Source of the DNA: Escherichia phage HY126
Length of the DNA stretch: 64,000 nucleotides
Sequence record: PP658200.1
Strand: one strand, 5' to 3'
In this document: in pieces, positions 8,466 through 16,663 of the stretch
Layout: each line of letters opens with the position of its first letter
How positions within the stretch are numbered: the stretch's first letter is position 1
The notes under the pieces: model-generated
Database searches by the model: none
What the model was told of the DNA's origin: nothing
What the model saw: only the letters and a program-made list of their open reading frames with translations
Program-made: the position numbers and the translations under genes

Positions 8466-8807
8466 TTAAAAGAATTTAAATTTTTTCTTGGTCCGTTCAT
8501 TAAAAGCTTGTTGTACTTGCATTGTAACACATTTTTCAACATGTGGCGCAAGTTCTGCTTTTCTGTCCTGGTCAAGAACTGCAAAGTCCATTACGATTTT
8601 ACCATCAACCCAGTCTAGTTTTGTAATATAGACTATATGATGGGAACCGTCTTCAAGTGTAATCAGAATCTCTTGAATGACATTTTCCATTGCTGAACGG
8701 ACAATTTTAAGAGATTCATTAAACACTCGTTCTTTGCGAATGTCCTCCCCTTCCAAAGAAGGGGATTCATCAACGATTTCTAGATTTAAATCATCGAGAT
8801 TATTCAT
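8466..8807 (-). CDS. 40: gp40-like head vertex assembly chaperone
   Basis: Position between uvsX and 41 as in T4; ATG at 8805-8807 with GGAAGA SD (track start 8828 is a TTG). Confidence 0.6.
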   Translation of the reverse strand: MNNLDDLNLEIVDESPSLEGEDIRKERVFNESLKIVRSAMENVIQEILITLEDGSHHIVYITKLDWVDGKIVMDFAVLDQDRKAELAPHVEKCVTMQVQQAFNERTKKKFKFF

Positions 8808-9972
8808 CGAAATCTTCCATTTCGTCAAGGTCGTTTTCTATATCTGCTGCAGACGGAGCATCAGAAGTTTTAACCGGAACTTTAGTTGTTGCTTTGCAAT
8901 TAATAAGGTCGTTAACAGCGTCATCAACTTCTTTAATAGAAGAGATAGCACCTAGTTTATATTTAGTTTCAATTGCATCTCGGAAAGGTTTGTGTTTAAA
9001 CAACGGTCCCCAGAATTCTACACAATCAGTAGCTTTAGCACGCCATGATTTTTCTTCACGAATCATTTCGCCTGTTTCTTCGTCAAGGAATTCTCGAGCA
9101 TACCACCCGGCTTTAGGCTTAACTACAAAACCGATTTCAGTTGCCATTTCTAACAAGCCACTGAATGGGTCAATACCGCCATCAAAATTAACCGTGATCG
9201 GGAAAGTAGATTTCTCTTTAACTGTACGAGATTTTTCTGCTTTCAACGTGAAGTCATAACCGGTCAATTCTGTACCTTCTTTAACCTGACGTTTAGAGAT
9301 AAAAAATACCGTGTTGGCAGAATAAAGAATACCTGTACCACCGCCCATAATCTCTTTAGGATATAGTCCGCCGATTTCCATTGCTGTATGGTTAATTGCA
9401 ACACACGGAATATCTTTAATAGTCAGATACGGGGTCACAATACGGAAAAGAGATTTAAGTGCCTTAGCACGAGACATATCACCTACGACTTTCTCGTTCA
9501 ACGCATCTTCGGTTTCTTTCTTAGATGCAGTATTACCGATTGAATCGATAAAGATAATAACTTTATCACCGCGTTCAATCGCGTCAAGCTGATTAGTCAT
9601 ATCAACTTTAAGTTGTTCGACAGATTGAATCGGAGTATGAACTACACGGTCTAAATCAACACCCATTGAACGAAAATAAGATTCTGAAGCACCAAATTCT
9701 GAATCATAGAACAAACAAATTGCATCTTTATATTTCTTCATATATGCTGCAACCATGGTCAGTCCAAACAACGTTTTAAAGTGTTTAGAAGGAGCAGCAA
9801 AAATAGTTAAGCCTGATTGCAACCCAGCATTCAGTGCACCACCTAATGCAATATTCAACATCGGAATACGAGTAGGGACTTCATCGCGATTATTAAACAA
9901 CTTAGACTTAGTCAAGTCTGCAGTCATTTTAGAAGTAGAAGCTTTAATCAGACGAGATTTTAAATCAGACAT
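8800..9972 (-). CDS. uvsX: recombinase UvsX (RecA-like)
   Basis: 390 aa; RecA-fold motifs and overall match to T4 UvsX as recalled. Confidence 0.95.
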   Translation of the reverse strand: MSDLKSRLIKASTSKMTADLTKSKLFNNRDEVPTRIPMLNIALGGALNAGLQSGLTIFAAPSKHFKTLFGLTMVAAYMKKYKDAICLFYDSEFGASESYFRSMGVDLDRVVHTPIQSVEQLKVDMTNQLDAIERGDKVIIFIDSIGNTASKKETEDALNEKVVGDMSRAKALKSLFRIVTPYLTIKDIPCVAINHTAMEIGGLYPKEIMGGGTGILYSANTVFFISKRQVKEGTELTGYDFTLKAEKSRTVKEKSTFPITVNFDGGIDPFSGLLEMATEIGFVVKPKAGWYAREFLDEETGEMIREEKSWRAKATDCVEFWGPLFKHKPFRDAIETKYKLGAISSIKEVDDAVNDLINCKATTKVPVKTSDAPSAADIENDLDEMEDFDE

Positions 9973-10071
9973 TGTATTTTTCCATAGGCATCATTATATT
10001 TTACTCATGTTTAAAAGATAAGACGATTATATACTAAGGGTTATACAGCATTTAAAACTTTAAACAGGCTC

Positions 10072-10620
10072 TTAACGAGCCCATTTGATAATTTCTGTAA
10101 TCAAATTATTACGTTCGCTTGCATTAAATCCTATAACTTTGTTAGCACCATCATGATTAAGTAATTGATACGTTTGGATTTCGTTATGAATTGCAAACTC
10201 TTCAAAATATGAAATGACTGTATTAAAACCGAACGAAGACAAAGTAATAAGGTCGTCTTCAAAACTTTCAGTCATTTCGTTACGTGTTAAAATAATTGTG
10301 AACACATCATGGTTTTGGCAAAGACGAACATAATCCTGTTCATAAACGTCAAGAACCGAGTCCGCATCTTGTCGAATACGTCCATAAACCCAGTTACTAA
10401 TATATCCACGGTCTAACAGATAAATCTTAGTAGGGTCTAAATAATTCAACATCGTTTCGAAACAGCCAACTTCATTTCGAGACTTAACATCGAAACGTCC
10501 ATCAACTGTTCGTTTAGGGAAATCAATCTTTACATATCTTTCACTAATTTCCATTATGTCATTAATGAAAGTTGTTTTACCAGCATTATCCGGGCCATCT
10601 ACTAAAATAATTTTAGCCAT
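10072..10620 (-). CDS. P-loop nucleoside/nucleotide kinase-like protein
   Basis: 182 aa; Walker A VDGPDNAGKTT and LLDRGYISNWVYG (DRxY lid-like) suggest dNK/dTMP-kinase fold; not present at this position in T4. Confidence 0.7.
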   Translation of the reverse strand: MAKIILVDGPDNAGKTTFINDIMEISERYVKIDFPKRTVDGRFDVKSRNEVGCFETMLNYLDPTKIYLLDRGYISNWVYGRIRQDADSVLDVYEQDYVRLCQNHDVFTIILTRNEMTESFEDDLITLSSFGFNTVISYFEEFAIHNEIQTYQLLNHDGANKVIGFNASERNNLITEIIKWAR

Positions 10621-10621
10621 T

Positions 10622-11521
10622 TTATTCCTCGATTACGACATCTTCATATTTAGGTATATTATACGGCGAAGAAATTAAAGCATTAAAGTAGATGAACTCG
10701 CCAAGACCTGGATGGAATACTTCTTCAGGATTTTCGAAATATTGAATCTTCGGACGTCCTTTAAGAATTTGATAGTACTCAGTTTTAGTTGGTTTAAAAA
10801 TTCGAATCAACGCTTCTTCAGGATACTTATTTCTGTCGAAGCTATTATTTGGATCGGTTATATAAAGCGGTTGGCCTAATTGAATTGCACATTCAACCAC
10901 TTGTTCAAAACGATAGCACGGGTCACTAATTCGAAATGGATGAAAAATACCATCTAGATGAATAGGAGCCAAATCACCTACAAGACGCTGCATGATGGAA
11001 GGACGTATAACTTTCTGCGTTACGATAATCTTATTACCATCTGCACCTGCGTTAACCAGCACTTCTTTTTGACGTTCATTCAACACAGTAGTTTGAAGTG
11101 AACGATTAACCGACAACATATCAGTTTTTAAGAATTCGTCAATATAAAAACGTGGTTTATTAGGGTCTGCAGTGATATTGAAATTGAATTCCACATCAAA
11201 AGTGCCGGCATATCCGGTGATATCTGTGATTAGAAAATCACAATCATAATAAGCAATTAATGAATCAACCACAAATTCATTTTCAGACCAGAAATATTTA
11301 CGAGTGTTATACGCGTTATCTTTATACCATAATGGAACAAACTTAAATTCTGGAAAAAGACGTTCGCATTCTTTAATATCAGATGCATTACGTGGATATG
11401 TAATCACATCACCCGGATTAGCACGGTGCAAATGAAGTTGGAAGTTGCCATCCTTAAGGATAGCATACTGTCCAGTTTCATAAGACCGCATACTCAAGAT
11501 AGGTACGCGGAAAATAGCCAT
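10622..11521 (-). CDS. hypothetical protein in the beta-glucosyltransferase syntenic position
   Basis: 299 aa between uvsX and 42, where T4 carries beta-gt; no resemblance to T4 beta-gt noticed; ATGA-coupled to gene 42. Confidence 0.65.
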   Translation of the reverse strand: MAIFRVPILSMRSYETGQYAILKDGNFQLHLHRANPGDVITYPRNASDIKECERLFPEFKFVPLWYKDNAYNTRKYFWSENEFVVDSLIAYYDCDFLITDITGYAGTFDVEFNFNITADPNKPRFYIDEFLKTDMLSVNRSLQTTVLNERQKEVLVNAGADGNKIIVTQKVIRPSIMQRLVGDLAPIHLDGIFHPFRISDPCYRFEQVVECAIQLGQPLYITDPNNSFDRNKYPEEALIRIFKPTKTEYYQILKGRPKIQYFENPEEVFHPGLGEFIYFNALISSPYNIPKYEDVVIEE

Positions 11522-12237
11522 TAGTCAAGGAATCCTTTAACATAATCAAAATCACGTTCAAACACATGGGCACTTACCATGGTATGAGTATAATCACCAA
11601 CTTCTACACCACATTCGTTAGCGATATAATGAAGTAATTTTCCTTGGAGATAAAAATCCAACTGCATAACAACAGCACAGTTCTGAGAACGCATATGACA
11701 GTGGGTATAAAGCTTACCATCACGAATATAATAAGTCACTGAGTCAGTACATGGATATTCAAGCGTTTCGTCTGAATCAAGCAAAGCCTGATCGGAACTT
11801 TCTAGAATTTGGAACACAACTCTTCGGGAGTTAGGCTTCTCTTTAAGTTCTTTTAGAAGAGCTGGTAATTGGGCCGCAATGCGAGGACCATAGAAAGTGT
11901 TGAAGTTTGCAGGCAAAGCGTCTGATTTAGGTTTAGAAATAAATTTAGCGACGTTAGGATATGCCTTAAATGCTTCTTTTGCATCAGTACCACCAGAAAT
12001 CATAAATTTCCAGAAATCTTCAGCATATTCATAAGAGATGCGATTAATACGTGGGTCGGTCATTTTGAATGATGAAGGGGTATCAACAACTACTGTCATA
12101 GACCCAATTTCATTACAACGTCCAATACGAGAATCAGTAACGAACTGTGGATTTTCTAAAATTTCACGATTGACAGCTTTAAATGCGGATTGAAAATCTG
12201 CGGCTTTAATATATTTCATTGTGTTATGTTTTCCCAT
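11521..12237 (-). CDS. 42: dCMP hydroxymethylase gp42 (thymidylate-synthase fold)
   Basis: 238 aa; TS-family core (…RRVVFQIL…PCTDSVTYYIRDGKL…MRSQN…QLDFY…); synteny with T4 gene 42. Confidence 0.85.
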   Translation of the reverse strand: MGKHNTMKYIKAADFQSAFKAVNREILENPQFVTDSRIGRCNEIGSMTVVVDTPSSFKMTDPRINRISYEYAEDFWKFMISGGTDAKEAFKAYPNVAKFISKPKSDALPANFNTFYGPRIAAQLPALLKELKEKPNSRRVVFQILESSDQALLDSDETLEYPCTDSVTYYIRDGKLYTHCHMRSQNCAVVMQLDFYLQGKLLHYIANECGVEVGDYTHTMVSAHVFERDFDYVKGFLD

Positions 12238-12255
12238 GTTTACCTCAATACAGTT

Positions 12256-12281
12256 ATTATATACTCAATTCATAAAGCTTA
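12256..12281 (-). promoter_or_regulatory. possible middle-type promoter for gene 42
   Basis: Minus strand TAAGCTTTA (MotA-box-like, one mismatch) - 11 nt - TATAAT; SD GAGGT follows. Confidence 0.35.
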
Positions 12282-12420
12282 TTTGAATTTCTTAGCGATG
12301 TTGATATAACGTAAAGCTTCAGCATCGATACTTCCAAGAACACTATGAAGAAATGCATCAGCATAGTATTCTAGTTGAACAGGTTTCTTTAATCACTTTA
12401 AGCCGCTTTGGTTTCAAACA

Positions 12421-12439
12421 GGCCCATAAGGGCCTTTTT
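12421..12439 (+). terminator. plus-strand intrinsic terminator in the 42 / U32 intergenic gap
   Basis: GGCCC-AUAA-GGGCC hairpin followed by U5 on plus strand; on minus strand the A-run precedes the hairpin. Confidence 0.5.
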
Positions 12440-12516
12440 AAGAATTTGTTCGTTGCTGTTAATTTTCATAGTCAAAATCTCTTCATTAAGTTGGTGGTTA
12501 AAAGTTTTTCTAGAAA

Positions 12517-13677
12517 TCATTCTGGGTACCTCAAAGCGTCGTCAGAGTTAGTTATATCAATAATAGATATAGAGTTTTCTGATAACCCATTTTTAGATAA
12601 TTGACGTTTATAATATCTTTCACAATATGTACACGTCGTCCCACAGATTTCATTAGCACAATCGAAATCTGGATGTCTGAACCACCTTTTTTCTAAAAAG
12701 CCATCTAACAAAGAGGTTTCAATATTTACCGTATGTGAAAACTCGGTCTCATTTTCAAGAGTGAAAATGGTCTCTAAAGGCTTCCACAATTCCAACAAAT
12801 TACCTTCAAATTTTTCGGAAGCATAAGCTTCAAGAACTTTCAAAATGTAGTCTGTGCTACCTGTACGTCCTGAAACTTTGAATTGAGTGATACCAATATC
12901 ATTATAAAGTTTCAAATCTTGAGGACGAACAAAACGAGTTCTCAACCAGTTAAATGGATCTGTATCACGAGCTTTAATGCAGTGTTGCATTGGATATCCA
13001 TTTAAGGATTTAGCATCATCAGCGGTAACATCAGTACTATGGAAAATATAGCAAGAGTCACGATAGCTACAATGTGTTGTATACCCTTTACCAGCATTAG
13101 AACAGAACTCATTTACAAGAACTTCAAATATTATATTGTTCTTATTGCAAAACTCTGCTGCACGCTTCAGGAAAGAAACCGAACGGTTCTTATGAATTCC
13201 ACAGCAGACCTTTTTGATATTATACTGGTCATGCAAGTATTTGATTTGAGTTACAGCATCGACATGTAGAATTGTTGAAACTTCAATCTCAATGTCTTTA
13301 TTGACTTCACGAACAATTTCCATAACAACAGGGTTAGCGATAGTAATACGCCATACGCCTATTGACCAAAGATACTGAACATAATCCTGAATAGCTTTCT
13401 TCTTCCACTCAACTAGTTCTCTTTTTGAACCAGGATTTATCGTGTTGAGTGTATAGTTAAAGCAAATACCTAATTCGTTACAACGTTTAACGTAATCTTC
13501 TAACATCTTTTTGTCAACGTCAGGAAGCCTAAAATCAGGTCTGGCTGCTACAAAAGCCATTTCTCTTGTAGAGCCGTATACTTCATTTATCAAGCTATTA
13601 GGATAAGTTTTATTGAGCTCTACGATTTTATCAAGAAGAGCTAAATCAAAATTCGTTCCGATTTTAAAAGTATTCAT
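12517..13677 (-). CDS. peptidase-U32-family-like protein (TIM-barrel, Cys-rich; possible Fe-S enzyme)
   Basis: 386 aa; N-terminal …EVYGSTREMAFVAAR… and …EVLVNEFCSNAG…C… resemble U32 signature regions; many C-terminal Cys; assignment from motif memory only. Confidence 0.65.
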   Translation of the reverse strand: MNTFKIGTNFDLALLDKIVELNKTYPNSLINEVYGSTREMAFVAARPDFRLPDVDKKMLEDYVKRCNELGICFNYTLNTINPGSKRELVEWKKKAIQDYVQYLWSIGVWRITIANPVVMEIVREVNKDIEIEVSTILHVDAVTQIKYLHDQYNIKKVCCGIHKNRSVSFLKRAAEFCNKNNIIFEVLVNEFCSNAGKGYTTHCSYRDSCYIFHSTDVTADDAKSLNGYPMQHCIKARDTDPFNWLRTRFVRPQDLKLYNDIGITQFKVSGRTGSTDYILKVLEAYASEKFEGNLLELWKPLETIFTLENETEFSHTVNIETSLLDGFLEKRWFRHPDFDCANEICGTTCTYCERYYKRQLSKNGLSENSISIIDITNSDDALRYPE

Positions 13678-13731
13678 TTTTACATCTCGCGTTAATTGAT
13701 GCGATGGTTTTTGCAGGTCTTACTTAAATTA

Positions 13732-14133
13732 TTATAGATTCGGTTTATATGATTTAAATGTTTCGAATTCGCCTTTATTCATAAGAGCTTTGAATTCGTC
13801 AGGACGCATAGCTTTGTCGTCGATAATCCAATCATATACTGGTTTATGTGTTAGCAAATTATGGTACTTCAAGCCAATGTTTGCCAAGTTCTGAATCAGA
13901 CTTGGGAGAATGTCAATTGCTATACGACCAGGACCTACTGACTTCATACCGCGAGCAGTGTAAAGCGTTATTGTATGCCCTGCATCATACAGGGCATTAA
14001 TGGCAGACACCATTTCGACGTCTGGTTTGAAGTTCACGTAATCACGATTGTTATTCCACTCGGTTATACAATCATCGACATCAAAACAAAGATTAAGCAT
14101 GTTTTCTACACGGTGCATTAGATTCGTTCCCAT
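13732..14133 (-). CDS. HAD-superfamily phosphatase (minimal, capless)
   Basis: 133 aa; motif I FDVDDCIT, conserved T (TLYTARG), K, and motif IV IIDDKA. Confidence 0.65.
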   Translation of the reverse strand: MGTNLMHRVENMLNLCFDVDDCITEWNNNRDYVNFKPDVEMVSAINALYDAGHTITLYTARGMKSVGPGRIAIDILPSLIQNLANIGLKYHNLLTHKPVYDWIIDDKAMRPDEFKALMNKGEFETFKSYKPNL

Positions 14134-15806
14134 TGATGAGTGATATCGCCACCGATTGGACGATAGGAAACACCAGTTTCTTTATCAGTTAGTACCCATT
14201 TACCAGGATTTTTTGTAATCAGAGTAGCCGTTACAGGTTCTGCTACGTCATAACTAATAGAGCCGTCCTGAAGTACACGGCCCATGTTACGTAATTGCTT
14301 AGTCAGAAGTTCCATACCTTTATAATATGCGGCTACCGCTTTAAGTGGATTATTCTTGAAATAACCACCTAATGCAATCCAGATAATTGCCACTGCCAAA
14401 TGATGATACTCGTTAAACGAACTCATCTTTCCATATTTGTAAACTAATGGATTGATGTTAATAGACACATTACAAGTTGTTTCATCAATAGTAAACTGTC
14501 CCCAAGTCGGATTAGCGTTGAATTCATCATAACCTGAAACAGCGTAAAGCACTTTAGCTTCATCATACAATTTTGGCCCATAAATCTTGGTTTCACCAAA
14601 ATATCCACGAGGGTCGATAAACTTGACTTCACAATTATCAGTAATCATAGTATTACTGAAGTTCGGGTCGCCATGAATAACAGAGTACTGTCCCTGAGAA
14701 CGGTTATGATAACGAATAAGGTGTTCTAAAGCTTGTTTCAACATTGGCTTCAGACGCCCAATCTTAGTGTAGTTCACATGTGTTATTTTACCAAATGAAT
14801 CAATCAATGGTTGAATACTTTCACAACGATCAATAACTTTAGTATAGAATTCTTTAGTGAAATCACGACGAACAGTTTCAGGACTTACAAAATAAGTGTC
14901 TGTGCTGAATTTCAGTGCATCTAAAATTGCATCAACAATTTGTGGACGAGCAAGACTTGATTTGGATTTAATATATTCAAATGCTGGCTTACCTTTAATA
15001 CGTTCCATAATAAAGTGGCCGCCAGGATGATAACTTACAATCCGTGGAACTGAATCTGATTTAACTTTCTTATACCAATTGACTTCATCTTTTTGAAGTG
15101 CAACGCCCTGTTCTGTTAAAGCAATCTTTGTTACCGTTTCTTCGCCAATTTCAACTGCATTAAAACTACGATTAAGTTCACGAACTTCATGAGCTTTTTC
15201 AAGTTTAGGCATATCACCAAGGTCGATGATATTCATAAGCTCTGATTTATTGAATGCGCTGCCGTAAAGGAATTCTACGAAATCACGTCCTTTGCAGTAT
15301 TCATGAATTTCCTCATCAGTAGAACCCATATAGAATTCCCAGTCTTTGAACTGATAAATTCCTACAACATTACCACCTGTTGAACCTACATTAGTGATAT
15401 TTTCACCGTCGAAATTATATCGACATTCGTCACCCTTAACATAGATTGCGTTAACATTCCAAGACCACGAACCAAAATCAGGAATAATATCACACCAGTT
15501 AACAATTACATTATGGCCGTCTAAATCTTTGTGCAATTTAGCAAGAGCATAAGCAGAACCATACGCTTCATCAACTGTACGAATAGTCACATTGAACCCT
15601 TCTTGCTCACAATAAGCTCGAACAGTTTCAGCAAATTTTGAATGAACTACTACAATAATTTCATCTGCGCCAAGGTCAGAATAAATTGTATACAAATTGC
15701 TCAGAATAGTGTCTTGTTTATAGTTAACAAGCACCTTAGGAATATGATGCGTTATTGGATACAAACGAGTTGCCAGTCCAGCACCAAGAATAACAGCTTT
15801 TTTCAT
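14118..15806 (-). CDS. bifunctional sugar-1-phosphate nucleotidyltransferase / APH-like sugar kinase
   Basis: 562 aa; N-terminus ILGAGLATRLYPIT..PKVLV (NDP-sugar pyrophosphorylase signature); C-terminus HGDPNFSN…FIDPRG (aminoglycoside/choline-kinase-like catalytic loop). Confidence 0.75.
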   Translation of the reverse strand: MKKAVILGAGLATRLYPITHHIPKVLVNYKQDTILSNLYTIYSDLGADEIIVVVHSKFAETVRAYCEQEGFNVTIRTVDEAYGSAYALAKLHKDLDGHNVIVNWCDIIPDFGSWSWNVNAIYVKGDECRYNFDGENITNVGSTGGNVVGIYQFKDWEFYMGSTDEEIHEYCKGRDFVEFLYGSAFNKSELMNIIDLGDMPKLEKAHEVRELNRSFNAVEIGEETVTKIALTEQGVALQKDEVNWYKKVKSDSVPRIVSYHPGGHFIMERIKGKPAFEYIKSKSSLARPQIVDAILDALKFSTDTYFVSPETVRRDFTKEFYTKVIDRCESIQPLIDSFGKITHVNYTKIGRLKPMLKQALEHLIRYHNRSQGQYSVIHGDPNFSNTMITDNCEVKFIDPRGYFGETKIYGPKLYDEAKVLYAVSGYDEFNANPTWGQFTIDETTCNVSININPLVYKYGKMSSFNEYHHLAVAIIWIALGGYFKNNPLKAVAAYYKGMELLTKQLRNMGRVLQDGSISYDVAEPVTATLITKNPGKWVLTDKETGVSYRPIGGDITHQWERI

Positions 15807-15847
15807 GTTGTGGTCCTCATTGGTAAGTAGGAGTATTGTACACTATT

Positions 15848-15991
15848 CTAGTTAAAGCATTCATACTTTGCTTGTAGTCCAATCATAATCCATCCGATTA
15901 TAAGAGTCGGAATCATTACTGGAGCCGTTAAGCTCCAGTAGATAGTCATGACAAGCATCAATAGTAAAAGTCCTATTGTTATTGCTTTCAT
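15848..15991 (-). CDS. small hydrophobic membrane protein (47 aa, below track cutoff)
   Basis: Translated by eye (MKAITIGLLLLMLVMTIYWSLTAPVMIPTLIIGWIMIGLQAKYECFN); ATGA overlap with stop of SIS isomerase gene. Confidence 0.35.
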   Translation of the reverse strand: MKAITIGLLLLMLVMTIYWSLTAPVMIPTLIIGWIMIGLQAKYECFN

Positions 15992-16623
15992 TGTTCGCCT
16001 CGTAACATGGCACCTAGTGCACCGCCAGGGTGGAACTTAAGGAAGTCATTAGAGGTAAATCCACGTTCAGACGAAAGGTTGATAGCAAACGTATCGATAA
16101 GCGCTAACAACAATGTAGTGGACATAGTCGGAGCCAGAGAATTCTCATCAACCTCTACTGCGATGCCTGTACAGAACGTATAATCAAAAAGAGCTTCGTA
16201 TTCTTGTGGAATGTCCGGGTTACAATGCAACAGAATCTGTTTGACGTTCGGACGAATCATTTTAAGATGCTTAGCCACGCCTATCATTTCTTCAGTTTTA
16301 CCAGAACGACTAATATGAATCAACACATCATTAGGCGCAATGAATCCTGCATCACCGTGAGAATAATGCCCAGTGTTCAAGTACATACTCGGGATACCGA
16401 GTGAAGCAAATGTCTCAGAAGCTTTAGTTGCAATATTAGCATTCTTACCAACACCTGTAATAATTACTCGGCTTTCATAATTACTAAGTCCTGGGCGTCG
16501 AAGAGTTTCTAGAATAGCATTATAACGAGCAGGGTTTTGACTAATTACTTTGGCCATAGCGGCCAAAGAAGAAGCTTGTTTTATGATTGCGTCAATAGCG
16601 ATAGTAATAGGAGTAGTTTTCAT
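15988..16623 (-). CDS. SIS-domain sugar-phosphate isomerase, KdsD/GutQ-like (arabinose-5-phosphate isomerase)
   Basis: 211 aa; GVGKNANIATKASETFASLGIPS, ISRSGKTEE, LAPTMSTT and FHPGGALG match the SIS domain of A5P isomerases; no CBS domains. Confidence 0.8.
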   Translation of the reverse strand: MKTTPITIAIDAIIKQASSLAAMAKVISQNPARYNAILETLRRPGLSNYESRVIITGVGKNANIATKASETFASLGIPSMYLNTGHYSHGDAGFIAPNDVLIHISRSGKTEEMIGVAKHLKMIRPNVKQILLHCNPDIPQEYEALFDYTFCTGIAVEVDENSLAPTMSTTLLLALIDTFAINLSSERGFTSNDFLKFHPGGALGAMLRGEQ

Positions 16624-16663
16624 ATTTCTCTCATTTAATTAGTTTACCGTCCATGACATTATA

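Noticed and set aside
12353-12604. 83-aa plus-strand ORF in the gene 42 upstream gap
   Set aside because: It reads straight through the plus-strand intrinsic terminator at 12421-12439 and into the U32-like gene on the other strand; no SD.
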